Shown here: positions 34,674-44,875 of the stretch, piece by piece
Layout: each line of letters opens with the position of its first letter
Numbering within the stretch: the first letter of the stretch is position 1
Assembly (NCBI GenBank): GCA_003023195.1
Contig: PXRX01000043.1
Coordinates: 16,643 to 80,642 of the forward strand
Direction: 5' to 3'
Length of the DNA stretch: 64,000 bases
Origin: Halobacteriales archaeon QS_8_69_26
GTDB lineage: Archaea; Halobacteriota; Halobacteria; Halobacteriales; SW-7-71-33
The notes under the pieces: model-generated
The model's database searches: none
What the model was told of the DNA's origin: nothing
The model's input: the letters and a program-made list of their open reading frames with translations, nothing else
Program-made: the position numbers and the translations under genes

Positions 34674-36440
34674 TCACTCCGCCCAGTCGGCGTCGGTGAG
34701 GGTCCGCTGGACCGCCGTCTCGCCGACGGCCCGGGCGAGGGCCTCGAAGCCGGCCCGCTCCTGGCTGGTGTCGGAGTCGGCGAGCAACCGGGAGACGATG
34801 AACTCGGGGGTGGACTTCCCGACGGTTCCGAAGCGGGGCTGGTAGTCGACCTCTAGCTGGAGGTCCTGGTCGAGTCCCTGGGCGAAGATGCCGTCGGTCC
34901 GGGCCGCCTCGGGCAGAGGCTCCAGGTCGTCCGCGAGGTGGGTGACGAACGCGCCCAGGGACTCCCGGTCGACGGTCAGGGTGACCAGGCCGTGCAGCAG
35001 GTCGGCGGCCCGTCCCGGCTCCGTTATCGCCTCGAACTCGTCGACGAGCATCAGCGTCCGGTCGCGCTCGGTCAGGGGCGGGACGATGGTCCGCAGCGTG
35101 GATTCGAGGACGCCGGCGTTGAACGAGGCGTGTCGCCGGTGGAAGACGACGGCGTCGACGAGACTCACCTCGGCCGCCTCGGCGGGGACCGGCAGACCCA
35201 TGTGCGCCAGCAGTGCCACCTGGCAGAGCGTCTCCAGGAGTGTGGTCTTCCCACCGCTGTTGGCCCCGGTGACGACCGTCACGCGGTCGCCGCTGGGCGG
35301 GCGCGAGGGGGTCGTCCCCGACAGCGAGTGGTCACCGATCCCGTAGGAGACGGGCTGGACGTCGCCGTCTCCGGCCGCCAGGGCGAGGTTCCGGGCCTCC
35401 AGGACCGCCAGCGCGTCCCGGTCCTCGACGTAGGTCGGACGGGTGAGGTCGAACGCGGCCGCGAACCGGCCCAGCGAGAGGAGGAAGGTGGCGTCGTCGA
35501 CCGCCGCGTCGGCCGCCGCCACCTCCTCGCGCGATTCGTCGAGGGTGTCGGCCAGGCGCTCGCGCACCTCGGCCTCGCGGTCCTCGACGGCGGCGCTCAG
35601 GTCCTCGACCAGCCCCCGGAGGGTCCGGCTCACGAAGTCCGTCGCGTCGGCGGCGTCGCCGGGCGCGGCCTCCCGGAGCCGTGCGGCGTCGACGCCCGTC
35701 TCCTCGACGACGTGGCGCCGGAGTGCGGTGCGGAACCGCTCCGGGTCGGCCGCGCCGGCCCCGCCGACCTCCTCGACGACGGCGGCCGGCCGCCCCGCGA
35801 GGTCGTCGACCGCCCGCAGGGTCGCCCGGAGGTCGTCCAGGCGGTCGTCGGCCCCATCGGCCACCTCTCCGTCGGCGTCCCCGCCCAGGGCCCGGAGCGC
35901 CTCGGCCCCGGCCCGGAGCAGGTCGCCGTCCAGGTCGGTCACCGATTCGAAGACGCCGCCCTCGACGCCGGCCTCCCGGAGCGCCAGCGCCGCCTCGACG
36001 GCCGCCAGGTCGCCGCCCTCGCTCTCGTCGTAGGCCTCGAACGCCGCGAGCACCGCCTCGCGGGTCGGCCCGTCCAGCCCCTCCCAGGACTCCCGGGCGA
36101 GGTCCACCTCGTCGAGTCGGTCATCCATGTCGGCCCGGTCCGCCAGCGGCGTCAACACGCGGATCCGGTCGGCCGCCCGCCGCGTGACGGCGTAGTCGGC
36201 CGCCAGGTCGACCAGGTCCTTGTAGACCGACCGCGCGTCGCGGGTCGCCAGCAGGTCCATGCCCGCCTCGCCCTTGGCGTGCCGGAGGATCCGCGTGGCG
36301 CGCCCCCGGCCGAGGCCGGCGTCGGTCAGCGCCCGCACGTCGGCGGACTCGATGGCCTCGACGGCGGTCCCGACGCCGAGTTCCTCGGACAGCAGCGCCG
36401 AGGTCTTGGGCCCGACTCCCCAGTAGTTCTCCAGTCGCAT
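34674..36440 (-). CDS. MutS-related ATPase with N-terminal helix-hairpin-helix (archaeal MutS2-like)
   Basis: 588 aa. The N-terminal HhH is YWGVGPKTSALLSEELGV. Walker A is TGANSGGKTTLLET and Walker B is LMLVDEFEAITEP, typical of MutS domain V. Confidence 0.8.
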   Translation of the reverse strand: MRLENYWGVGPKTSALLSEELGVGTAVEAIESADVRALTDAGLGRGRATRILRHAKGEAGMDLLATRDARSVYKDLVDLAADYAVTRRAADRIRVLTPLADRADMDDRLDEVDLARESWEGLDGPTREAVLAAFEAYDESEGGDLAAVEAALALREAGVEGGVFESVTDLDGDLLRAGAEALRALGGDADGEVADGADDRLDDLRATLRAVDDLAGRPAAVVEEVGGAGAADPERFRTALRRHVVEETGVDAARLREAAPGDAADATDFVSRTLRGLVEDLSAAVEDREAEVRERLADTLDESREEVAAADAAVDDATFLLSLGRFAAAFDLTRPTYVEDRDALAVLEARNLALAAGDGDVQPVSYGIGDHSLSGTTPSRPPSGDRVTVVTGANSGGKTTLLETLCQVALLAHMGLPVPAEAAEVSLVDAVVFHRRHASFNAGVLESTLRTIVPPLTERDRTLMLVDEFEAITEPGRAADLLHGLVTLTVDRESLGAFVTHLADDLEPLPEAARTDGIFAQGLDQDLQLEVDYQPRFGTVGKSTPEFIVSRLLADSDTSQERAGFEALARAVGETAVQRTLTDADWAE

Positions 36441-36606
36441 CGTGCCCGGACAGGGAGGGCGCTCCCTTAACGGTTACCAGGTCGCCGCGGCCGGTTGCGG
36501 CTCCGACCGGCCCCGGATCCCGACCCGACGTCTCCCCGGAAACTCAACCGTTAAGTGGCTCCCTGTGCCGGGGTACGCACATGGACGCGATGCCGGGACC
36601 GAACGG

Positions 36607-37155
36607 ATGTGGCTTGCCGTGACGGATCTCCTGAACCGGCTGGTCGTGCCCGTGGCCGAGGAGGACGACGCCCGGAGGACGGCCCGTGGCCTGCGGCGAC
36701 ACGTCGACGGCGACCGGCCGTCGGAACTGACGGTTGTCTACGTCGTCGAGAAGGCCGGCGGTGCCCCCGACGCGGCCTCCGTCGAACAGCGAGAGCAGGC
36801 CGCAGAGGAGGCGTTTGCGGCCTTCCGGGAGGCGGTCGGCGACCTGGGCGACGTCGTCGAGACGGAGGTGCTGTACGGCACCGACGTCGCCGAGACTATC
36901 TTCGAGGCCGCGGAGGAGCACGACGCGACGGCCATCGCCTTCACACCGCGTGGCGGCGGACGGTTGATCCGCCTGCTGACCGGGGACGTGGCGCTGTCGC
37001 TTATCACGGAGACGGACCGGCCCGTCGTGGTCCTGCCCGACGAGGGCGACCAGCCCGAGGTTCCCGAACGCACCGACTCGCCGGACGAGACGGAGTCGCC
37101 GGAGGGCCCCGACTCGCCCTCGGACTCCGACGACTCGGACGAGGAATCCGTATGA
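36607..37155 (+). CDS. universal stress protein (UspA family) with acidic S/D/E/P tail
   Basis: From ATG 36607 the product is MWLAVTDLLNRLVVPVAEEDD...ATAIAFTPRGGGRLIRLLTGDVALSLITETDRPVVVLP. This shows the Usp alpha/beta fold pattern. Confidence 0.75.
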   Translation: MWLAVTDLLNRLVVPVAEEDDARRTARGLRRHVDGDRPSELTVVYVVEKAGGAPDAASVEQREQAAEEAFAAFREAVGDLGDVVETEVLYGTDVAETIFEAAEEHDATAIAFTPRGGGRLIRLLTGDVALSLITETDRPVVVLPDEGDQPEVPERTDSPDETESPEGPDSPSDSDDSDEESV

Positions 37156-37178
37156 ACGGGGATCCGACGACCGTGACG

Positions 37179-37264
37179 GTGAGGGTATCGCCGACCGACC
37201 CGATCAGCGACCGTTCCGTGAGGATATCGCCGACCGACCCGATCAGCGACCGTTCCGTGAGGGG
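37179..37264. repeat. 39-bp tandem repeat x2.2 running into the start codon region of the permease gene
   Basis: gtgagggtatcgccgaccgacccgatcagcgaccgttcc is at 37179 and gtgaggatatcgccgaccgacccgatcagcgaccgttcc at 37218. A third partial copy, gtgagggg, starts at 37257 directly before the GTG at 37264. Confidence 0.9.
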
Positions 37265-39555
37265 TGGTCGCCGTGAGTGACCAGGACCTCGCCCGGGACC
37301 TGGGCGTCCTGGAGGCGTACACCATCGGCCTGGGGACGATGATCGGTGCCGGCATCTTCGTCCTGCCGAGCATCGTCGCGGAGCAGGCGGGACCGGCGAG
37401 CATGGTGTCGTTCACCGTCGGCGGGATGGTCTCGCTGCTCGCGGCGCTGTCGCTGTCGGAACTGGCGACCGGGATGCCCCGGGCTGGCGGGAGCTACTAC
37501 TACATCAATCGGGCACTGGGCAACTTCTTCGGGAGCATCGTCGGCTGGGGCATGTGGGCCGGGCTGATGTTCGCCTCGGCGTTCTACATGCTCGGGTTCG
37601 GGCAGTACCTCACCTTCTTCCTCGACATGGGCCCGACCGGCGTCGCCATCGCCGCCCTGATCGGTGCGGCCGCCCTGACCGGCATCAACTACTACGGCGT
37701 CAAGGAGACGGGGGCGCTCCAGAACGTCATCGTCCTCGCGCTGGTGGGATTGATCATCGTCTTCCTCACCTTCGGCTTCCTCGACCAGCCGAGTTACGAC
37801 GAGTTCAACCCCTTCGGCTGGGGGAGCGTCGCCGTGACCGTCGGGACCGTCTACGTGACCTTCATCGGGTTCGAGGTCATCGCCACCTCCGCCGAGGAGA
37901 TCAAAGATCCCAGCCGGAACCTCCCGCTCTCGATGATAGCGGCGGTGCTGACCCCGACGCTGCTGTACGTGATGGTGATGTACGTAAGCACCGGGACGCT
38001 GTCCATCGACGCGCTGGCCGACTCGAACATCCCGGTGGCGGCGGTCGCCGAGCAGTTCACCCCGACCGTCCGGTTGCCCGACCTCCCGCTGGTCGGGTCG
38101 GTCGCGTTCAACCTCGGTGCCCTCGCGATGGTGCTCGGCGCGGTGCTGGCGACGGTTTCCAGCGCGAACGCGTCCATCCTCTCGGCCGCCCGCGTCAACT
38201 TCGCGATGGGCAGGGACGGCATCCTGATGCAGTGGCTCAACGAGGTCCACGGGCGGTTCCGCACGCCCTACCGGTCCATCGTCGCCACCGGCATCGTCAT
38301 CGTCGCGCTCATCGTGGTGGGCGTCGGCATCGACACCCTCGCGGAAGTGGCGTCGTTCATGTACCTGGTGACCTACTCGCTGGTCCACGTCGCGGTGGTC
38401 GTGATGCGGTACGCCGACCCCGAGGACTACGACCCGGCGTTCACGCTGCCGGTCGTGGCCTTCCCGGTGGTCCCCATCCTCGGGTTCGTCGCCTCGGTGG
38501 TCATCCTCGTCTTCGCGATGAAACCCACGGTCCAGCTCATCGGCGCCGTCATCGTCCTGGGCGGGATCATCTGGTACGCCGGATACGCGCGGACCCGTGG
38601 GACGCGCGAGAGCCTCCTCGGCGAGGCCATCGCGCCGTCGGAGACGGTCGCGGCAAACGGCAACGACGTCTACCGGATCGTCGTCCCCGTCGCCAACCCC
38701 GACACCGAGCGCCAGTTGCTCGAACTGGCCGCCGCCAGCGCCAACGCCCACGACGGTCCCGCCGAACTGGTCGCGGTCAACGTCATCGAGGTGCCGCCCC
38801 AGACCTCCCTCGAACAGGACGTCACCTTCGAGGAGGAACGAGTCGCGGCCCAGCAGGAACTGCTGGACGCCGCCCGCGACATCGCCGACGACCTCGACAT
38901 CGGGATCCGGACCCGGGCGGTCGTCGGCCGGGACGTCGGCGACGTGGTGCTCGACGTCGTCGAGGACGAGGACGCCGACCAGGTGTTGCTCGGCTGGCGG
39001 GGGTCCCGCAGCGCCCGCGAACACGTCCTCGGGTCGAACATCGACCCCATCGTCGGCGAGGCTCCCTGCGAGGCGACGCTAATCAAGCTGACCCCGGACG
39101 GCGAGGTGCGGAACCCGGTCGCGCTGGCGGGGGAAGGCCCGCACGCCCCCGTCGCGGCGCGGCGCGCCAACGAGTTCGGCGCGGTCGGCGAGGACGCTAT
39201 GCTGACCCTGCTGAACGTCCAGGAACCCGACGACGACGCGACCGAGACCGAACTCGAGGACCGCGGGATGGACGTCATCCGGGCGGTCGCCGAGGAGGCC
39301 GGCATCGACGAGGGCGACTACGTCCCGTCGGTCGTCGTTGCGGAGGACGTCGAGGACGCCATCCTGGAGGAAGTCGAGGAGTACGACACCGTCTGCGTCG
39401 GCGCGACCCGTTCCGGCCCGGTCGCCCAGGCCCTGTTCGGGTCGATCCCCGAGCGGATCGGTGCCGAGGCGTCGGGGACCGTCGCGATGGTCCGGGGAAG
39501 CGAACGATCGCCGATGTCGATCCGCGAGGCCATCGTCGAGCGCCTGGGCGGGTGA
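37264..39555 (+). CDS. APC-superfamily amino-acid/polyamine permease fused to two C-terminal Usp domains
   Basis: 763 aa. The N-terminal half has ~12 TM segments (GLGTMIGAGIFVLPS...) and the C-terminal ~290 aa form two Usp-like modules (YRIVVPVANPD..., VALAGEGPHAPVAARRA...). The start could alternatively be the GTG at 37273. Confidence 0.85.
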   Translation: MVAVSDQDLARDLGVLEAYTIGLGTMIGAGIFVLPSIVAEQAGPASMVSFTVGGMVSLLAALSLSELATGMPRAGGSYYYINRALGNFFGSIVGWGMWAGLMFASAFYMLGFGQYLTFFLDMGPTGVAIAALIGAAALTGINYYGVKETGALQNVIVLALVGLIIVFLTFGFLDQPSYDEFNPFGWGSVAVTVGTVYVTFIGFEVIATSAEEIKDPSRNLPLSMIAAVLTPTLLYVMVMYVSTGTLSIDALADSNIPVAAVAEQFTPTVRLPDLPLVGSVAFNLGALAMVLGAVLATVSSANASILSAARVNFAMGRDGILMQWLNEVHGRFRTPYRSIVATGIVIVALIVVGVGIDTLAEVASFMYLVTYSLVHVAVVVMRYADPEDYDPAFTLPVVAFPVVPILGFVASVVILVFAMKPTVQLIGAVIVLGGIIWYAGYARTRGTRESLLGEAIAPSETVAANGNDVYRIVVPVANPDTERQLLELAAASANAHDGPAELVAVNVIEVPPQTSLEQDVTFEEERVAAQQELLDAARDIADDLDIGIRTRAVVGRDVGDVVLDVVEDEDADQVLLGWRGSRSAREHVLGSNIDPIVGEAPCEATLIKLTPDGEVRNPVALAGEGPHAPVAARRANEFGAVGEDAMLTLLNVQEPDDDATETELEDRGMDVIRAVAEEAGIDEGDYVPSVVVAEDVEDAILEEVEEYDTVCVGATRSGPVAQALFGSIPERIGAEASGTVAMVRGSERSPMSIREAIVERLGG

Positions 39556-39817
39556 CCGCGGCCTCCCGGTCCCTCTTCGCCCGTTCGCGCAGTACCGCCG
39601 GGGGTGGTGACAGGCAGGAGCTTCCCGGACCGCCGATCCCCGGGGAGTTCGCCGGTCCGCCGAGCCGCGGGGGTAGGGTGGACCGCCGATCCGTGGATGC
39701 GGACGGGGGCCGCGGCGGCCGTCCCGGTCTCCGTCACCGGTCCAGGCCCCTCGCCACCGGGTGGCCGATCCCGTCACCGCTCCCGACCGCCGGATTACGT
39801 GTGACCGATCCCCGCCG

Positions 39818-40030
39818 CTACTCCCCGCTGACGAACCCCTTGTAGAGCACGTACCCGCAGAACGCGGCGAGGTACGCGGACGCGACCCCGGCGGAGACCA
39901 CGTTCTCCCGCCCGAGCAGTGCCACGAGCCCGACCACGAGGGGCCCAGACAGCAACAACACGTCGAACACCCTGTCGTTCGGTCCCGCCTCGATCACCCC
40001 GTGGATCACGGGGAGGTCGCGTGGCCTCAT
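39818..40030 (-). CDS. 70-aa two-helix membrane protein translationally coupled to trkH
   Basis: The ATG (cat 40028-40030) overlaps the trkH stop (tca 40027-40029), giving an ATGA overlap. The product is MRPRDLPVIHGVIEAGPNDRVFDVLLLSGPLVVGLVALLGRENVVSAGVASAYLAAFCGYVLYKGFVSGE. GC3 is high. Confidence 0.55.
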   Translation of the reverse strand: MRPRDLPVIHGVIEAGPNDRVFDVLLLSGPLVVGLVALLGRENVVSAGVASAYLAAFCGYVLYKGFVSGE

Positions 40031-41586
40031 CGGTACAGCCCCCCACGACTGAAGACCCCCCGGAGCAACACCAGCACCGGGATTATCTCCAGGCGGCCGA
40101 TCCACATGTTGAACAGGAACGCCACCTTCGCGACCGTGGGCATCGAGGGGCCGGTGATGCCCGTCGAGAGGCCGACGTTGCCCTGGGCGCTCGCTATCTC
40201 GAAGACGGCGTTCTCCAGGGTGTACTCGCCGGGCGGGAGGACCGCCAGGAGGACGAACAGGCCGAGGCCGAGGAACGCGACCCAGAGGAACGTGATGATG
40301 GCGGCCTCCTCGAACTCCCGGCGGACCTCCTCGTCGGAGAGGCGGCGGTCGTCTATGGTCAGTCGCCGGACCGCGGTGTCGGGGTAGAACACCCCGGCGA
40401 CCCGGTGGCGCGTCCCCTTCAGCAGGGTCGCCAGTCGGATCACCTTGATGCCGCCGACGGTGGACCCGGCGGCCCCGCCGACGACCATCCCGAAGGTAAC
40501 CGTCAACTGCCCCATCGCAGGCCAGTTCCCCAGCGCCACGTTCTCCGGGTTCTTCACGGGTCCCACCGCGGTCTGGAACCCGGTACAGGTCAGCGCCGAG
40601 ACGAACTGGAAGGTACCGTACCGGAAGGCGGCGAACGCCGAGTCGATGGTTCCCGTGAAGTACAGTACCCCGACCAGCAGTCCGGACCCGAGGACGAACA
40701 GCACCAGCAGCCACCGGGTCTGGAGGTCGGTGTAGAAGTTTCTGAGATCGCCCCGGAGGATCAGGAAGTGCACCGGGAACGCGATGGACCCGAGCACCAT
40801 CACCGGGAGCATCACGAAGTCGATGGACACGCTGTCGTAGGTCGCGATGGAGTTGTCGGTGATGGAGAACCCGCCCGTCGAGAGTCCGGTCATCCCGTGG
40901 TTTATCGCCCCCCAGACCGGCATCCCGGCCAGCCACAGCGCCAGGATCGCGACGAACGTGAACAGGACGAAGATCCACCAGATGGTCCGGACCGTCGAGA
41001 CGATGCTGGGGTGGATCTTCTCCGACCTGGCCTCGCTCTCGTAGAGGGTTAGCGACCCGCTACCGGGCCGGGCCAGCACTGCGGTCGTCAGGACGATGAC
41101 GCCGACGCCACCGATCCACTCGCTGAAGGTCCGCCACCACTGGAGGGTGCGCGGGAGGACCTCCTCGTCGTCGGTCATCGTCAGCCCCGTCCCGGTGAAG
41201 CCGCTGGTGCTCTCGAAGAGGGCGTTCAGGGGGTCCCGGAACGCCGCCAGGGTCGGGGTCATCTCCGGCGTCGCCAGCATCGCGGGCGAGAGTTCGACGG
41301 TCCAGGCCAGCGTCAGGAACGGGAGCGACCCGAAGACGCCGACGGCGGCCCACCCGCCGGCAGCGATCATCATCCCGTGGAGTTTCCCCGGTTCGTCGGC
41401 GCCACCGTAGCGCCTCGTGAGCACCCGGCCGATCCCGAGCGGGACCAGTCCCGACAGGACCATCCCGGGGACCGCCCAGAACTCCCGCCAGGCGAGCGAG
41501 ACGGCCACCGAGGCGAACATCAGCCCCGCCAGCGCCTGGAGGATCCGTCCGAGGTCCCGGCCGATGGTCGCCCGTGCCCCGTTCAT
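40027..41586 (-). CDS. trkH: TrkH-family potassium uptake membrane protein
   Basis: 519 aa, polytopic, with repeated selectivity-filter-like GFTGTGL, TGLSTGGF, CTGFQT and NVGLSTG motifs. Confidence 0.9.
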   Translation of the reverse strand: MNGARATIGRDLGRILQALAGLMFASVAVSLAWREFWAVPGMVLSGLVPLGIGRVLTRRYGGADEPGKLHGMMIAAGGWAAVGVFGSLPFLTLAWTVELSPAMLATPEMTPTLAAFRDPLNALFESTSGFTGTGLTMTDDEEVLPRTLQWWRTFSEWIGGVGVIVLTTAVLARPGSGSLTLYESEARSEKIHPSIVSTVRTIWWIFVLFTFVAILALWLAGMPVWGAINHGMTGLSTGGFSITDNSIATYDSVSIDFVMLPVMVLGSIAFPVHFLILRGDLRNFYTDLQTRWLLVLFVLGSGLLVGVLYFTGTIDSAFAAFRYGTFQFVSALTCTGFQTAVGPVKNPENVALGNWPAMGQLTVTFGMVVGGAAGSTVGGIKVIRLATLLKGTRHRVAGVFYPDTAVRRLTIDDRRLSDEEVRREFEEAAIITFLWVAFLGLGLFVLLAVLPPGEYTLENAVFEIASAQGNVGLSTGITGPSMPTVAKVAFLFNMWIGRLEIIPVLVLLRGVFSRGGLYR

Positions 41587-41655
41587 GCCTCTGCGCGCGG
41601 CCGGTTCGTCGGTCCCGTCGCCGCGACGGGCGGTCCGGCTCTGTCCCGCATCGAC

Positions 41656-42342
41656 TCACTCCCCCCGGTCCTCGTAGTGGCCGAACAGGTCGGTCACCTC
41701 CGGGGTCGCCCCGCGCGCGGAGTAGACCGTCAGGAGGTCGCCGGGCCGGATCCGCGTCTCCCCTCGTGGGGTGATCGGTGACCCCTCCCCGTTGCGCTCG
41801 ACGGCGACCACGAGGAGGTCGTCCGGGAGTATCCCTTCCTCGCCGGCCTCTATCAGGGACTTGCCCGCGATGGGCGGCTCCTCGGTGACCGTAATCTCAA
41901 ACACTTCGGCCTCCTCGCCGATGCGCATGTAGTCGACGATGGCCGGGCGGGCGGCCGCCCGGTAGAGGTACTCCGCGATGAGTTGCTGGGGGTTCTGGAT
42001 GGTGTTCACGCCGATCCGCCGGAACAGGGCCATGTGCTCGGGGTTGTGGACGACAGAGACGATCCGCGTGACCTCCAGTTCCTTCGCGAGCAGACAGACC
42101 ATGACGTTCGTCGCGTCCTGGTCGGTGGTCGAGATGATGACGTCGGCGCGGTCGGCCCCCGCGTCCTCCAGGGTCTCCATTACCGTCGCGTCGGCGTTGA
42201 GGACCAGGCAGTCGTGCTCGTCCGCGACCGCGTCGGCGCGGTCCTCGTCGCGTTCGACGACGACGACCTCGTTGCCCGACCGGGTCGCGGTGTCGATGAG
42301 GGGCGTCCCGATGTCGCCCGCCCCGACGATGACGATGTACAT
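41656..42342 (-). CDS. trkA: TrkA potassium-uptake NAD-binding (RCK) protein
   Basis: Track ORF trimmed to the ATG (cat 42340-42342), giving MYIVIVGAGDIGTPLI (GxGxxG Rossmann). A C-terminal RCK_C-like segment follows. Confidence 0.9.
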   Translation of the reverse strand: MYIVIVGAGDIGTPLIDTATRSGNEVVVVERDEDRADAVADEHDCLVLNADATVMETLEDAGADRADVIISTTDQDATNVMVCLLAKELEVTRIVSVVHNPEHMALFRRIGVNTIQNPQQLIAEYLYRAAARPAIVDYMRIGEEAEVFEITVTEEPPIAGKSLIEAGEEGILPDDLLVVAVERNGEGSPITPRGETRIRPGDLLTVYSARGATPEVTDLFGHYEDRGE

Positions 42343-42436
42343 GTGCGGCCCGCTTCGGCGGCCCCCCCCGAAAACGTGTCCCTTTCGATTCGTGGAGGTC
42401 TCGGGGATTCTCACCCGAGACGACCGCCAGACGCGG

Positions 42437-44813
42437 TCAGGACTCGACGGGTTCGGCCCGCTTTGACGGCGAGGTGAATAGCCCACGGAGGTAGACGTAC
42501 ACCGGGAAGAGGTAGTCCTCCAGGCGCCCCTGAACGCCGCCGGGGCTGGCGTAGACGAGGACGGGGACGCCTTCTCCGGCAGCCAGGTCGATCACCCTGT
42601 CCGGGGTGCTCCCGAGCACCCACTGGCGAAGCCGCCGGTCCCGGGAGGCACCGATGATCAGGACCCCGCCGTTCTCGCTGGCCTGGGAGACCAGCCCCTC
42701 CGCGACGCTGGGCGCGGAGACGTTGTGGACCTGGACCGATTCGACGCCGCCGAGTTCGGAGAGCGTCTCGGCCGGGTCCTCGGCCTTGTGGCGCGGTCCC
42801 TGCTCCGGGTCGACGCTTATCAGGTGGGTCGCCAGGCCGGACGCCCCGAGTGCGTTCACCAGGGGGAGCAACGCCCGGTGGTGGGGGCCGCCGCCGACGC
42901 CGACGTTGACCGTGTCGACGGCCGGATCGTCCCGGAACCCGTTCGCGTACACCACGTCGCAGGGGGTCTTGTACTCGACGTGTTCGGCCACCTCGGGATG
43001 TTCCTCCGGGTAGCCCATCAGGATCATGTCGGCCTCGTCGTTGCGGGCCGTCTGCACGATGTCGAACCCGACGTCCCGCGAGACGTGGCCCTCGACCGTG
43101 TACTCGGCGTCGGGGTCGGCCTCGGAGAGGGCGTTCCGGATGCGGTCTGCGCGCCCCTGCGCGGTGTCGATGACCAGTTCGTTCGGCGTCTGGTCGGGTA
43201 TCTGTGTGACCGTGACGACCTGGACCAGTGGCGTACCCTCGCGGACCCGCCCGAGGATCCCCGCGAGGCGGACGTACCGGGCCGCCCGGTTCGGTCGGGC
43301 GACGGGGACGAGGATCCGGTAGACGTCTTCCCCCGCGACCTCGGGAGTGCCGGGTTCGGCCGTTCCCTCGTCGCTCCCCGCACCGGCCGCTACCTCCTCC
43401 TGACCCGGGCCGGCCGGCGACGGCGGGCCGGTGGGCTCGGACACCCGCTCGTACAGCTCCTCGACGTCCGGGGCGCCCCCCCACGCCCGGTAGGCCGCCA
43501 GCAGGATCCCGACCAGCAGCAGGCCGGTGACGATCCCCTTCGGCGGGAGGCGTGCGATCAGCGCGATGTTCGCCAGGATGCCGATGATCGGCACGAGCGG
43601 CACGAGCGGAACCCTGACCGGGCGGTCCATCTCGGGGAAGTGGCGCCGCGAGTAGATGAGCGCGATGTTGACCAGCGACAGCGGAACCAGCAAGTTCAGC
43701 GTCGCGAACCCCGTCAGGGTCGTCAGCCCCAGGGTCAGGTGCGGGAGCGGCGTCGCCTCGCCGATCAGCGCCCCGACCCCGCCCTCGGCCGGGAATATCG
43801 CGATGAACGTCACGATGAGTGCGACGATGGTCGCCGTGGCCGTCGTGACGCTCCAGAACGGCGTGCCGTAGTCGGGGTGGATCCGCGAGAACCGGCGTGG
43901 TGCCTGGCCCTGGCGGCCCATCAGCGACCCGATCCCCGAGGCGGCGAGGATCGACGCGTTCGAGGCCGACACCATCGAGAAGACGGCACCGGCGACGATC
44001 AGGCCCCGGCCGGCCGGCCCGATGAATCCGGCGGCGACCCGGCCCATCGCCGTCTCGCCCTCCTCGGCGATGACCTCGGGGGGGACCGGCGAGTTGACCA
44101 TCGCGACGATCACCAGCGCGTAGAGGACGGTGACGGTGAGGATGCTGGCGGCGATGGCCCGCGGGACCACCCGCCGGGGCTCGATTATCTCGCCGGCCGA
44201 GGCGGCGATGGCCGAGAACCCGAAGAAGGTGATGAACGCCAGCGCGGCGATGGAGACGATGCCGGGGAGGTCGGCCTGGAAGCTGTCGACGAAGGTCCCG
44301 GTCGCCGCCGCCGGCCCCTTGAACGCGAACGCGCCGGCGATGAAGGCCAGCAGGACGGCGACCTTCGCGCCGGTGACGATGAGCTGGAAGGTCCCGCTCT
44401 CCTCGGTCCCGCGGGCGTTCAGGACCCCGAGCAACAGGGCCGCCCCCACCCCGGCGGTCCCGTGGGGGAGGAAGTGCAGCGACTCCGGGATGATGAACCG
44501 GAAGAACCACTCGTCCATCGTCGCCAGGTAGAACGCCGTCGTCCCCGTGTACCCCAGGAACAGCGAGACGCCGATCCGTGCGCGAGGAGAAGAGGTAGCC
44601 GCCGCCGTTCTCGGAATAGATGGAGGCGAACTCCGAGTAGGACGCGGCGGTGAGACTCGCGACGATGGCCGCGATGACGAACGCGATCACCGCACTCGAC
44701 CCGATCTCCGCGACCGCGGTCCCGGACAGCGAGAAGATGCCGGCCGCGATCATCGTCCCGAGACCGAGCGCGAACGCGATCTTGAAGTCGAGCGTCCGGG
44801 TGTGTTCGACCAT
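42437..44813 (-). pseudogene. second APC permease-Usp fusion, frameshifted after ~80 codons
   Basis: From the ATG (cat 44811-44813) the product is MVEHTRTLDFKIAFALGLGTMIAAGIFSLSGTAVAEIGSSAVIAFVIAAIVASLTAASYSEFASIYSENGGGYLFSSR, after which the frame degenerates. The rest (RIGVSLFLGYTGTTAFYLATMDEWFFRF... through two Usp modules, track ORF 42437..44518) is in the +1 frame. The span is 2377 nt, not a multiple of 3. Confidence 0.8.
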
Positions 44814-44875
44814 TGTCACACGGTAGCTACCCGAAAATAAAAAATGCACCCGGATCTGTCCGACGCTGCTCCGGC

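Noticed and set aside
36442-36606. The N-terminal extension of the Usp gene (track start 36442) and the ATGGAC at about 36581.
   Set aside because: The extension is R/G/P-rich and overlaps the MutS-like gene start region. The ATGGAC is out of frame. The ATG at 36607 gives a typical Usp N-terminus.
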